NCBI GenBank assembly: GCA_045587385.1
Contig: JAZNCE010000003.1
Coordinates: 23,754 to 87,753 of the forward strand
Length of the DNA stretch: 64,000 nt
Direction: 5' to 3'
Origin: Eubacteriales bacterium
Lineage (GTDB): Bacteria; Bacillota; Clostridia; Oscillospirales; CAG-272
Part shown: piece after piece, positions 25,513-34,745 of the stretch
How the letters are laid out: every line of letters starts with the position of its first letter
How positions within the stretch are numbered: the stretch's first letter is position 1
Position numbers and translations under genes: made by a program
The notes under the pieces: generated by a model
Told to the model about the DNA's origin: nothing
Database searches by the model: none
The model's input: only the letters and a program-made list of their open reading frames with translations

Positions 25513-27165
25513 TTATGCCTTGAAGCCGTCACGCAGACCCACGACGCGGTTGAAGGTGTCAGCGTTCTTGGAGTCCTTGCAGAAATAACCTACGCGAACA
25601 AACTGGAACTTTTCACCGGGAGCAGCATCGGCAAGGCAGGGCTCAACCATTGCGCCCTCGATCTTGGAGAGGGACTCGGGGTTGAGGAAGTCCAGGTAGG
25701 TCTTGCCTTCGGGTACGTCAGCGGTGTTTTCAATGTTGAACAGACGGTCGTAGAGCATCACGGTAGCAGGCTTTGCATACTTTGCGGACAGCCAATGAAT
25801 CGTGCCCTTGATCTTTCTGCCGTCAGCAGGCATACCGTTGCCGGTTTCCAGATCAGCGGTTGCGTGGATTTCCTTGATCGAGCCGTCTTCGTTCTTGATA
25901 ATCTCGCCGCAGCGGATGATATAGCCGCCCATCAGGCGCACCTCGCTGTCGGGCTTGAGACGGAAGAACTTGGGAGGCGGAACCTCTGCAAAGTCGTCTG
26001 CATCGATATAGATCTCGCGGGTCATGGGAACCTCGCGCTTGCCCAGCTCCTCCTTCTGGGGATGGTTGGGCAGGCTGATCATCTCTTCCTTATCCTCGGG
26101 ATAGTTATCAATGATGACCTTGATGGGGTTGACGATGGCAACGCGGCGCAGCGCGTTTTCATTCAGGTCGTCGCGCACGCAAGCTTCCAGCTGGCGCACG
26201 TCAACGGTGTGGTCGGTGTTGGTCACGCCTGCTTCTCTGACAAAGGTGAAGAGTGCACTCGGGGTATAACCGCGGCGGCGCAGACCGCAAAGGGTAGGCA
26301 GACGGGGGTCATCCCAACCGTCTACGTGGCCCTCTTCGACCAGCTGACGCAGATAACGCTTGGACATAACGGTATAGGTGATGTTCATGCGACCGAACTC
26401 CCACTGATGAGGGGGCTGCTCAAAGCCGATCTTTTCAATCACCCAGTCGTAAAGCGGACGGTGGTTTCTGAACTCGCTGGAGCACAGAGAATAGGTGATA
26501 CCCTCCAGAGCATCCTGAATGGGATGCGCGAAGTCGTACATGGGATATACGCACCACTCATCGCCTTGGCGGTGATGGTGGATGTGCTTGATTCTGTAAA
26601 TAACGGGGTCACGCAGGTAAGGGTTGTCACTGGAAGGGTCGATCTTTGCGCGCAGCGTGCGAGCACCGTCGGGGAACTCACCGTTCTTCATGCGCTCAAA
26701 CAGCTCAAGATTCTCCTCTACGGAGCGGTTGCGGTAGGGGGATTCCTTGGATGCGACAGAACGGTCGGTGCCCTTGTAATCTGCAAGGTCATCCTTGGAA
26801 AGGTCGCAAACGTACGCGTCGCCCTGCTTGATCAGCTGTACAGCGAACTCATAGCACTTGCCAAAGTAGTCCGAGCCGTAGAAAACGCCGCCCGTGGGGG
26901 TAGCACCCAGCCACTCGAGGTCCTCGCGAATGGAGCGCACGAACTCATCGGACTCCTTTGCGGGGTTGGTGTCGTCGTAGCGAAGGTTGAACAGACCGTT
27001 ATACTTATTTGCAACGTCGGTGTTGATGCAGATCGCCTTGACCGAGCCGATGTGCAAGTAACCGTTGGGCTCGGGCGGGAAGCGGGTGTGGATCTTCTTA
27101 TCGGGCTGTACGCCGAGATCCTCGTTAATGATCTCAAAAATAAAATTGTTGTTGGTTTCTGCCAT
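25513..27165 (-). CDS. glnS: glutamine--tRNA ligase
   Basis: TRFPPEPNGYLHIGS (HIGH), VMSKR (KMSKS) and a GlnRS-type C-terminal beta-barrel region. Confidence 0.93.
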   Translation of the reverse strand: MAETNNNFIFEIINEDLGVQPDKKIHTRFPPEPNGYLHIGSVKAICINTDVANKYNGLFNLRYDDTNPAKESDEFVRSIREDLEWLGATPTGGVFYGSDYFGKCYEFAVQLIKQGDAYVCDLSKDDLADYKGTDRSVASKESPYRNRSVEENLELFERMKNGEFPDGARTLRAKIDPSSDNPYLRDPVIYRIKHIHHHRQGDEWCVYPMYDFAHPIQDALEGITYSLCSSEFRNHRPLYDWVIEKIGFEQPPHQWEFGRMNITYTVMSKRYLRQLVEEGHVDGWDDPRLPTLCGLRRRGYTPSALFTFVREAGVTNTDHTVDVRQLEACVRDDLNENALRRVAIVNPIKVIIDNYPEDKEEMISLPNHPQKEELGKREVPMTREIYIDADDFAEVPPPKFFRLKPDSEVRLMGGYIIRCGEIIKNEDGSIKEIHATADLETGNGMPADGRKIKGTIHWLSAKYAKPATVMLYDRLFNIENTADVPEGKTYLDFLNPESLSKIEGAMVEPCLADAAPGEKFQFVRVGYFCKDSKNADTFNRVVGLRDGFKA

Positions 27166-27187
27166 GATTTTATCCTCTTATTATAAA

Positions 27188-28873
27188 TTAAAGGGTTTCG
27201 AGTATTGCGTTCAGGCGTGCTACGGTGCGATCGTAGCCCAGGATCTGCATGACTGTCCACAGATCGGGCGCGTTGGTCTTACCGGTTACGGCAAGGCGCA
27301 GGAACATGGAAACGTCAGCTACGCTGCCCTTGAATGCGGTGGGATCAGCCTTGTACGCCTTCATATCTGCGGTGTAGCCCAGCGCAGCGCCGATCTCCTT
27401 GATCTTTTCAAACCAAGTATTCATATCGTCGGAAATGTCAAAGGTCTTGATAAAGCCTTCAAGCACAGCCTTGATGTCGGCTCTGTCAAACTGCTCGGGG
27501 TACTGTTCGGTAAGCTCGAACAGCTCGTCGTAGAAGAATCCCATGTAGGGGCGTGCGTCCTTCCAGACGGCGAGGTCCTTACGGGGCTTCTTGCCGCCGC
27601 GACCGATTGCGAAAATATTGACCGCATAAGCGGGATCGCTTGCCAGCAGCGTACCGAACTCGGGATCGTAGGTCTTTGCCCACTCAGTAACAGCCAGCGT
27701 GACCTTCTGTGCGCTCATGCGCGAGATAACGTTCTTGGAAACGTCATTGAGCTTGTTGAAATCGAACAGACAACCCGAAGCACTCATCTTCTTGATGTTA
27801 AAGGGGAACTCGGTGTAGGGCTTTTCGGGGTTCTGCGCGTGCCACTCTTCGTAGTTGGAGTTGAGCAGCGTCATGACGTACTCGCAAACGCACTCGGGCG
27901 CGTAGCCCATAGCAGCGTAGTCGTCCATATTTGCCCCCATATCACGCTTGGAAAGCTTTTTCTTGTTGCCGTTTTCATCCAGGCGCATGATCTGCGAGAT
28001 GTGCATATACTTGGGCAGCTTGAAGCCAAGGTAACGGAACAGCTGAATGTGCTTTGCAAGGCTGGGCAGCCATTCCTCACCGCGAATGACGTGCGTTGTG
28101 CCCATCAGATGGTCATCCACAGCGTGTGCAAAGTGATAGGTGGGAATACCGTCGGACTTGAGCAGCACGAAATCCTCGTCGTTTTCGGGAATGTCAAGTT
28201 TGCCTCTGACAAGGTCGGTGAAGGGCGTTTTCTTTGCGGGATCACCGTCTGCAAGAATACGCAGCACGAAGGGGTTGCCCGCGTCAAGGTTTGCCTTGAC
28301 CTCGTCCATGGTAATAGCGCGTGCCTTGAGCATTTCTGCACGGCGCTCTTCTGCCTGCGCCTGCCAGTCGGTGTTCTTGATCTCTTCCTTTTTATTGATC
28401 GCCTGCAGAGCTTCCAGCTCCGCTTCGGTAGTAAAGCAGGGGTACGCAAGTCCCTTGCTTACCAGATCCTTTGCGTAGGTCTGGTAGATCTCTGCACGTG
28501 CGCTCTGCTTGTAAGGACCGTATGCGCCTTGGTCGCTGACCTTGCCGGTCTCGTCTAAGATCGCGCCCTCGTCAAAGTGAATGCCGTAGTGTGCCAGCGT
28601 CTTGATCAGACCCTCTGCAGCACCGGGCACCTCGCGCTTTGCGTCGGTATCCTCAATACGCAGGAAGAATACGCCGCCGCTCTGGTGCGCCAGACGCTCA
28701 CCGACGGTGGTGGGGAACAAGCCGCCAAAATGCACAAAGCCTGTGGGGCTGGGCGCAAAACGGGTGACCTTTGCACCCTCGGGCAGCTGTCTTGCAGGGT
28801 ATGCCGCCTCAATGTCGGCGGGCGTTTTGGTGATCTGCGGGAAGAGCAGATCTGCTAAAAGCTGATGATCCAT
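27188..28873 (-). CDS. gltX: glutamate--tRNA ligase (long form)
   Basis: TRFAPSPTGFVHFGG, RIEDTD and KLSKRD. Confidence 0.9.
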   Translation of the reverse strand: MDHQLLADLLFPQITKTPADIEAAYPARQLPEGAKVTRFAPSPTGFVHFGGLFPTTVGERLAHQSGGVFFLRIEDTDAKREVPGAAEGLIKTLAHYGIHFDEGAILDETGKVSDQGAYGPYKQSARAEIYQTYAKDLVSKGLAYPCFTTEAELEALQAINKKEEIKNTDWQAQAEERRAEMLKARAITMDEVKANLDAGNPFVLRILADGDPAKKTPFTDLVRGKLDIPENDEDFVLLKSDGIPTYHFAHAVDDHLMGTTHVIRGEEWLPSLAKHIQLFRYLGFKLPKYMHISQIMRLDENGNKKKLSKRDMGANMDDYAAMGYAPECVCEYVMTLLNSNYEEWHAQNPEKPYTEFPFNIKKMSASGCLFDFNKLNDVSKNVISRMSAQKVTLAVTEWAKTYDPEFGTLLASDPAYAVNIFAIGRGGKKPRKDLAVWKDARPYMGFFYDELFELTEQYPEQFDRADIKAVLEGFIKTFDISDDMNTWFEKIKEIGAALGYTADMKAYKADPTAFKGSVADVSMFLRLAVTGKTNAPDLWTVMQILGYDRTVARLNAILETL

Positions 28874-28904
28874 GTTAGTTTCCTCAATATATTATAAATA
28901 GATT

Positions 28905-29522
28905 TTACAAATAAAATGCAACGTCCAGCGCGTTACGCAGCAGGCTTGCTTCGCCGTGACCGGGGTAAATGGTGATATTGCCGGGGTACTGTCGCAAAGC
29001 ACACAGCGAGGTGCGCAGCGTAAAGGCGTTACCGCCGTGCAGATCGGCTCTGCCGTAGCCTTGGGCAAAGAGCAAATCTCCCGTGAACATGGTGCGCTCA
29101 CCGGGAATGTAGTAGCAGACCGAGCCCTTGGAGTGACCGGGCAGGTGCACTACCTCAATATCCATGCCGCCAAGCTCTATCTTGTCGCCGTTCTCCAAAA
29201 GACGTTCTGCGGGCTTATAGGAAATATCCTGTCCAAAGAACAGGGAAAAGGCGTTTTTGACGCCGTCCTCCAGCATTTCCGCATCCTCCTTATGGATCAT
29301 GAGCGGAACTTGGCAGGCACGTCGCAGGGTGTCTATAGAAACGATGTGGTCGAAATGCCCGTGCGTCAGTAAGATGCCCTTCAAGGCAGCACCCTCTTGC
29401 TCCACGCGCGAAAGGATGCTCTTGGCGGAGGCACTGGGGTCAATGACCAAGGCTTCGCCATCGTGCACCAAAATATAGCAATTGGAGTTATAGGAGCCGG
29501 GGAAGAGATTGATGATTTTCAT
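28905..29522 (-). CDS. MBL-fold metallo-hydrolase (glyoxalase II-like)
   Basis: LTHGHFDH, plus HLPGHSKGS and PGHG. Confidence 0.85.
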   Translation of the reverse strand: MKIINLFPGSYNSNCYILVHDGEALVIDPSASAKSILSRVEQEGAALKGILLTHGHFDHIVSIDTLRRACQVPLMIHKEDAEMLEDGVKNAFSLFFGQDISYKPAERLLENGDKIELGGMDIEVVHLPGHSKGSVCYYIPGERTMFTGDLLFAQGYGRADLHGGNAFTLRTSLCALRQYPGNITIYPGHGEASLLRNALDVAFYL

Positions 29523-29584
29523 AATTTCTCCGCTTTACATAAATATTCATATTATTATATCACATTCATTTCGCTTTGTCTATA

Positions 29585-29625
29585 CTTTCCGCGCAAAAAA
29601 AGTGCCGCGATTTGCATCACGGCAC
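29585..29625. terminator. bidirectional terminator after the SBP gene
   Basis: AGTGCCG / CGGCACT stem flanked by A6 and T6 runs. Confidence 0.6.
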
Positions 29626-29640
29626 TATATTTTTTAATGA

Positions 29641-31890
29641 TTACTTGTCATCCTCGAACAGGAAGCTGTAGTGAGAGGACTCACCCTTGAAGCCTTCGTA
29701 AGAGAACTCACCGTCAATCCAAACCTTATCGTTGGACTTGAACTTGTTGTAAATGTAGGACTGTCTGTCTTCGCAGTAAGCCTGGAAGTTTGCCTCGAGG
29801 AAATCCTCAACCTTTTCAAGGTAAGACTTGTAACCGGAAGCGGTCGTCTTGGTCAGCACCAGCGTGTTGGTGTAGGTGTCCTTGATCTTGTTGATGTTGC
29901 CGGAGGTCAGGGAAACGTACTGGTTTGCAACGATGGGAGTTACGGGAACTTCATCCATCAGAATGTCCTCTGCTGCGTGCAAGAGAGTTGCGCGGTCAGC
30001 AAGGTAGGTCTTGGTGTTGGGGGTGATACCGTACTTTTCGTAAACTGCGGTGATTGCTGCGTAGGTAGCGTCGGCATCTGCCTTTGCTGCCGTAGCGTCA
30101 CCATCGTGTCTTGCAATAAAGTAGTCGTTACCGTACGCGGTGTTCAGGAAGTATTTGTAGAAGTCGTTGTAGTACTGCAGGAAGTAAACTGCTTCCATCA
30201 GAGTGTTGTATTCCTCGTTGTCAAAGCCGGTAACGTGGGGGGTGAGCAGGTAGTTCTCGGTGTCGGACATATCCATTGCCTGACCGGAAAATGCCTTTGC
30301 GAAGGGAGCAAGGATAGTGTAAGCATCCATGGTTACAGCACCCATATCCATTGCCATAACCTCGTACTTACCTGCTACGAGATCTTCCATATAAAGGTCG
30401 TCACAGATATCTTCGGGAACGGAGTCGGTCCACTTGTAGTAGTCGTTGTTGAGAATGGTGCCTCTCTTATTGACCTTTACGTCAAAGCCGAGAGCTTCCC
30501 ACTGATCTGCAACCATCTCAGCGATTGCAACGTGCATTTCGTCGTAAGCAGCAACCGTGATAGAGAAGGAGTAATCCTTTGCGTTGATGCCTGCGCTCTT
30601 GAGCTCAGCCTTGAGCGTATCAACGTCAACGGTAGTCAGGGTCTCGTAAGTGGAGGCAGCAGCCTCGCGGAAGGTTTCCTTGTGGGAGTTGGTGTTGAAG
30701 ATACCGTTGGGAACGATACCGGTAGCAACCTCTGCATACCAGATCGCATCTACGATAGCTTGGCGGTCGATTGCCTTGGAAAGTACCTGACGAACGGTCT
30801 TGTTCGCGAAGAGGTATTCACCCTCACCACCGTTGTCAATCAGCGCGTTCTGATTGAAGAAGTAGGTGTGGTTGGACATTGCATCGGTGGTCTTAACGTC
30901 CTTGAGCAGATCGGTGTATGCTTCGTCGCCGATCCAGGAGAAGGGAATGTTGTCAATGTACAGGATCGCGCCGGACTCGTAAGCGGCTGCAACCTGTTCA
31001 TCGGTCATGGAGAAATCTACAACAATCTTATAAGGGGTAACGTACTTGTCGAGCTTTTCTTCCTTATCAACGTCACGGTAATAGTAGGAGTTGCGCTCCA
31101 GAACCAGGAACTTGATCTGGGCTTCCTTAAAGTCCTTACCAACGATCAGATTGCCGCTGACATCCTCGTACTCGTAGCTTGCGTCGTGGTACTTGGTGTT
31201 GTTTTCAACGAACTCAACTCTGCCGAGCTTGAAAGGGCCGCTGCATACGATGGTAGCAGGCTTCTTTGCCCAGTCGGGCTTTGCAGTAATGTCCTCACGC
31301 AGGGGAGCGAGCGCGATGCTGGACAGATTGAGAATGAACTGGTCGTAGTTAATGGGACCCTCAAACTCAACGGAGATCATACGTTCACCCTCTGCATAGA
31401 TGCAAAGGTCGTCGATGGACATATCGCCTTCCTTAACGGAACGAGCGTTCTTGATATCGTACAGCAGAGCTGCTGCATCATAAGAGCTCTCTACGTCCAG
31501 AACGCGCTTCCACGCATAAACGACGTCGTTTGCGGAAACATAAGTACCGTCGGACCAGCAGGTGTCGTTGAGGTAGATATCCATTTTATACTCGTTGCCT
31601 GCAGCGTCTTCTTTGATGACGTACTTTTCTACCAGGGACTTCTTGACCTTTCCGTTTTCGTTCACCTTGAACAGGGTCTCGAACAGCAGGTTCGCAATAG
31701 TGGTAGTACCGTCGTTATAGAATGCGGTAGCAGGGTCAAGATCGTATACCTGGTCAGAGAGATACATAGTCAGGTATTGACCCTTGTCTTCTGTCTTTTT
31801 CTTGTTCTTGTCGCCACATGCGCTCAGGCAAACAAGAGAGCCTGCCAGCAGGCAAAGGCAGAGAACGGATGCAAGGATGCGCTTTGTCAT
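29641..31890 (-). CDS. ABC-transporter substrate-binding lipoprotein, family 5 (peptide/oligosaccharide), no cognate permease genes nearby
   Basis: Start at MTKRILASVLCLCLLAGSLVCLSAC, a signal peptide with lipobox LSAC, behind GAGGAGGA. The ORF-track 892-aa start has no RBS and no signal peptide. The body has the SBP_bac_5 pattern but is long, at 749 aa. Confidence 0.8.
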   Translation of the reverse strand: MTKRILASVLCLCLLAGSLVCLSACGDKNKKKTEDKGQYLTMYLSDQVYDLDPATAFYNDGTTTIANLLFETLFKVNENGKVKKSLVEKYVIKEDAAGNEYKMDIYLNDTCWSDGTYVSANDVVYAWKRVLDVESSYDAAALLYDIKNARSVKEGDMSIDDLCIYAEGERMISVEFEGPINYDQFILNLSSIALAPLREDITAKPDWAKKPATIVCSGPFKLGRVEFVENNTKYHDASYEYEDVSGNLIVGKDFKEAQIKFLVLERNSYYYRDVDKEEKLDKYVTPYKIVVDFSMTDEQVAAAYESGAILYIDNIPFSWIGDEAYTDLLKDVKTTDAMSNHTYFFNQNALIDNGGEGEYLFANKTVRQVLSKAIDRQAIVDAIWYAEVATGIVPNGIFNTNSHKETFREAAASTYETLTTVDVDTLKAELKSAGINAKDYSFSITVAAYDEMHVAIAEMVADQWEALGFDVKVNKRGTILNNDYYKWTDSVPEDICDDLYMEDLVAGKYEVMAMDMGAVTMDAYTILAPFAKAFSGQAMDMSDTENYLLTPHVTGFDNEEYNTLMEAVYFLQYYNDFYKYFLNTAYGNDYFIARHDGDATAAKADADATYAAITAVYEKYGITPNTKTYLADRATLLHAAEDILMDEVPVTPIVANQYVSLTSGNINKIKDTYTNTLVLTKTTASGYKSYLEKVEDFLEANFQAYCEDRQSYIYNKFKSNDKVWIDGEFSYEGFKGESSHYSFLFEDDK

Positions 31891-32098
31891 GGTTGAGTTT
31901 TCCTCCTCGTGCATTTGTAGATCACGGCAACCGTTGGTAGCCGTCGGTGCAAATTGAGAGCCTGAAATTCGGCGCGCAGATCGGTTTTGTGTACATGCAC
32001 AAAACCAAGCGGACAATCCTGTGCATGTTGCACATGAACTTTCCGCGTCCACCGAGAAGCAAGCTCTTATACTCGCATATTTACATATAGTATAACTG

Positions 32099-32112
32099 AT
32101 TTTTCGAAAAAT
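32099..32112. promoter_or_regulatory. AT-rich perfect palindrome ATTTTTCGAAAAAT (CodY-box-like)
   Basis: Lies in the divergent SBP/gpr promoter region. It resembles AATTTTCWGAAAATT but lacks the central base. Confidence 0.25.
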
Positions 32113-32170
32113 TGCAAGAGAAAAATCAAAATTTAATATATAATTTATAAATTTATTTTTGGGAGGGGTC

Positions 32171-33010
32171 ATGGAAAGCCGATTTCGAACTGATCTTGCC
32201 TGTGAGCGAAGGGGGAACGCGCACGGCGACGATTCCTTGCTGTACGGCTGTCGCGTCAGCCGTACGGTGGAGCGACACAAGGAAAAAAAGACAGCGTATG
32301 CGACCGTGCGCTTTGACAAGCTTTCTGCCGACGCGGAGAGTATGCATCAAAATCCCGTGCGTGCGGTTGCAGAGCTGCTGGCGCAAAGCGCAACGCGTCT
32401 TGCTCCCGACGCGCGTTGCGTGCTGGTTGCCTGCCTTGGAAATCCGCGCATCACGCCCGATAGTCTCGGCCCTTGTACGGCGCGTGCCCTGGAGGTCACG
32501 CGCCACGTGCAGCTGTTGGATCCCGCTGTCTTTTCGCGTTTTGGCAAGGGGGCTTTGTGCGCAGTTGTGCCCGGGGTGCTTGGGGATACGGGAATGGAGG
32601 CGTCCGAGCTTGTGCGGGGCGCAGCGCGCGAGGTAGGGGCGGAGCTGGTCGTGGCGGTGGACGCCTTGGCGGCATGCAATCCCGCGCATCTTGGCACTAC
32701 CGTGCAGATCTGTGATCGCGGGCTTCGCCCCGGGTCGGGTGTGGGCAACCGCCGCGTGCCCGTTGATGCCGGGAACGTGGGCTGTCCCGTGATCTCGCTC
32801 GGTATGCCCACTGTGATAGACGGCGGCACGCTGCTTTGCGACGCGCTCTCGCGTGCGGGGATCTGCGGTGTGGGAGAGGAGCTGGAAAAGTATCTTGCCT
32901 CGGTGGGACACTATCTGGTCGCGCCTGCGGATATTGACGCGATCGTCCTGCACGGTGGTGCGCTGCTGGCGCGCGCCATCGGCGCTTGCTTCGGACTTGG
33001 GGATGTGTGA
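32171..33010 (+). CDS. gpr: germination protease (GPR endopeptidase)
   Basis: Start at MESRFRTDLACE behind GGGAGGGG. CLGNPRITPDSLGP, VPGVLGDTGMEA and GMPTVID are GPR signatures. Confidence 0.9.
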   Translation: MESRFRTDLACERRGNAHGDDSLLYGCRVSRTVERHKEKKTAYATVRFDKLSADAESMHQNPVRAVAELLAQSATRLAPDARCVLVACLGNPRITPDSLGPCTARALEVTRHVQLLDPAVFSRFGKGALCAVVPGVLGDTGMEASELVRGAAREVGAELVVAVDALAACNPAHLGTTVQICDRGLRPGSGVGNRRVPVDAGNVGCPVISLGMPTVIDGGTLLCDALSRAGICGVGEELEKYLASVGHYLVAPADIDAIVLHGGALLARAIGACFGLGDV

Positions 33011-33011
33011 G

Positions 33012-33040
33012 GTATAATTTTTCTTATGCTCGCATACCGT
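33012..33040 (+). promoter_or_regulatory. possible sigma-E-type sporulation promoter for spoIIP
   Basis: GTATAAT, 14-nt spacer, CATACCGT. This approximates the -35 kmATAtt / -10 CATACA-T consensus. Confidence 0.3.
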
Positions 33041-33071
33041 GTAGCATCACCTACGAAAAGGAGCATGGAAA

Positions 33072-34190
33072 ATGGACGAGCATAAAACAAACGGTATGAC
33101 GGAATTTTTAAGGCGCGAGATCCGCGCGTGGGAGGATGCGGGGGCGATCGGACACTTGGGCACGCGCGCACACAGATTCCCCAAATGGCTGCCCGTGGCG
33201 GCGGCAGCTGTCGGCGCTGCGGTACTGATCACACTTGCCGTGTTTTTGGTGCCGTGGAGCAGCATGAAGCCGCCCGCCCCCGACAGCGGACAAGAGGGCG
33301 GGGAGCTTGACGGTGCCGTTCCGCCCTTGACGCAGGATAGTGAAGCGCAACAGCCCGAGCAAAGCACGGAGCAGGGCAGCGCGCAAGAGCCTGTGCCGCT
33401 TGACCCGTACGCTTACGATTATGCGGTCGTGCCTGCGGGCGCTGTGCCCATCGTACCCATGGATATCGGTGCAAAACAAAACCCCGTCGATCAGACCGAC
33501 GGAGGAATCGATATGGAAGGCGTGATGGAGTCGGCTTGTCTGATCCCCGCGCCGCGCGGCAGCATCAGCGTGCTGATCATACATACCCATACGGGTGAGG
33601 GCTACAATCGCGAGGGCGCGTTGTGGCTGGACGCCGATGACGAGGAGTTTGCGCGCAGCGCGGACGGCTCTGACGGTGTGGTAGCAGTAGGGGCACGGCT
33701 TGCGCAGAAACTGAACGAGGCGGGCATCGGCACCATCCATTGTAAGACCGTGTTTGACGGAGAGTCCAACCGTGAGTCCTACGCGCGTGCAGCGGAGGCG
33801 ATCAAAGCCTTCCGTCTGGCGTACCCCGGATTGGTCTGCGTCATTGACGTGCACCGTGCCGCAAGCATCAACGAGCAGGGGCATTACGTGCGCTCGCTTG
33901 CCGTCAAGGACGGGCAGGGGATTGCGCAAACGCAGGTCATCTGCGGCATGAACGCAGGCGAGCAGAGCAAGACAAATCTTGCACTTGCAATGCTGCTGCA
34001 CGAGCGCATGAACGCAGCCTTTTCGGGCAGCTGCGCGGGCGTGATCTGCAAATCGCAAACGCTCAATCAAGACCTTTCCCCCTTTGCGCTGACGCTGGAG
34101 ATCGGCAGCTGCGGCAATACGCCCGCGGAAGCAGAGGCGGCAGCCGACGTGACGGCTGCCGCACTATGTACGCTGTTCCAAACCAATTAA
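33072..34190 (+). CDS. spoIIP: stage II sporulation protein P
   Basis: RBS AAAGGAG. One TM helix. LIIHTHTGEGY, VIDVHR and FALTLEIG are SpoIIP amidase-like motifs. gpr-spoIIP synteny matches Bacillus. Confidence 0.88.
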   Translation: MDEHKTNGMTEFLRREIRAWEDAGAIGHLGTRAHRFPKWLPVAAAAVGAAVLITLAVFLVPWSSMKPPAPDSGQEGGELDGAVPPLTQDSEAQQPEQSTEQGSAQEPVPLDPYAYDYAVVPAGAVPIVPMDIGAKQNPVDQTDGGIDMEGVMESACLIPAPRGSISVLIIHTHTGEGYNREGALWLDADDEEFARSADGSDGVVAVGARLAQKLNEAGIGTIHCKTVFDGESNRESYARAAEAIKAFRLAYPGLVCVIDVHRAASINEQGHYVRSLAVKDGQGIAQTQVICGMNAGEQSKTNLALAMLLHERMNAAFSGSCAGVICKSQTLNQDLSPFALTLEIGSCGNTPAEAEAAADVTAAALCTLFQTN

Positions 34191-34477
34191 GTCTTTTGCT
34201 TCAGACAAAGGATCTCGATGCAGGCGATGAGTGCCACCAGCACGATGCCAAGACCAAAGCTGATCACGCCGGCTTCAATACCGCCGACGATGCCGAAGAA
34301 CACGAAAATGCAAGCGGTCAGGGAAACGCCCTTGACAACCTTGCCAAGACCCAGCGCGCAGACAAACTGCCAGAGTGCTGCGGGCAGGGAAAGCAGAACG
34401 GAAATAAGCGACTCGTTCTCGGCGGTGCGAGAGCCTACGTTTGTATTGGTAGTTGCGATTCTGTTATAGTTCGTCAT
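34187..34477 (-). CDS. small hypothetical membrane protein (2-3 TM helices)
   Basis: AAGGAG lies 8 nt upstream. The hydrophobic segments are clear. Its stop codon overlaps the spoIIP stop on the opposite strand. Confidence 0.65.
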   Translation of the reverse strand: MTNYNRIATTNTNVGSRTAENESLISVLLSLPAALWQFVCALGLGKVVKGVSLTACIFVFFGIVGGIEAGVISFGLGIVLVALIACIEILCLKQKT

Positions 34478-34489
34478 GATGAATCTCCT

Positions 34490-34740
34490 TTTCTCTGTGC
34501 GCCGAATTTTCCGAGCTTGGAAAAACGGCTGCGAAATGTGGAACGGAACTGTCGGAAAATGTTCGGAAAGTTCCGAAATTGGAATATCATGGCTGTATTA
34601 TAACACCCAAAATCGGATTTGTCAACCCCTATTTTTCAAAAATCGGAAAAATTTTTCAAAAACCTCTTTACAAAACGGAAAAACCGTGCTATAATAAGAC
34701 CGTAAGAGAAAAAGCACGGGAAAAATCCCGGAAACGGAGG
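34490..34740. repeat. array of CGGAAA(A)-type short repeats in the promoter region of the S24-HTH repressor
   Basis: GTCGGAAAATG, TTCGGAAAG, TTCCGAAATT (inverted), AATCGGATTT, AATCGGAAAAAT, AACGGAAAAACC, CCGGAAACGG. Also CGGAAC...GTTCCG at 34543-34575. Confidence 0.6.
34667..34695 (+). promoter_or_regulatory. sigma-A type promoter for the S24-HTH repressor
   Basis: TTTACA, 17-nt spacer, TATAAT preceded by TGC. Confidence 0.6.
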
Positions 34741-34745
34741 GTTTC

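Noticed and set aside
31891-32319. A 143-aa N-terminal extension of the SBP ORF (ORF-track start at 32319). The same applies to the extensions at 1748 (ligase), 6338 (GH51-like), 42330 (paralog B), 43231/43896 (APH and membrane protein), 17399 (rpiB), 15471 (rpe) and 18564 (tsaE).
   Set aside because: Internal starts have good RBSs and give canonical N-termini: a lipoprotein signal, signal peptides, family-typical first residues, or ATGA coupling. The extensions overlap promoters, repeats, T-box terminators or the upstream gene.
32153-33367. Minus-strand ORFs of 266, 160, 106 and 86 aa across the gpr/spoIIP region.
   Set aside because: They lie antisense to gpr and spoIIP, which both carry diagnostic motifs. 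Their translations are Arg/Ala/Pro-rich and low-complexity.
34490-34745. A canonical SOS (Cheo) box CGAACN4GTTCG in front of the LexA-like gene.
   Set aside because: It is not present. Only GAAC/GTTC words with wrong spacing were found, so the region is reported as an unexplained CGGAAA repeat array instead.
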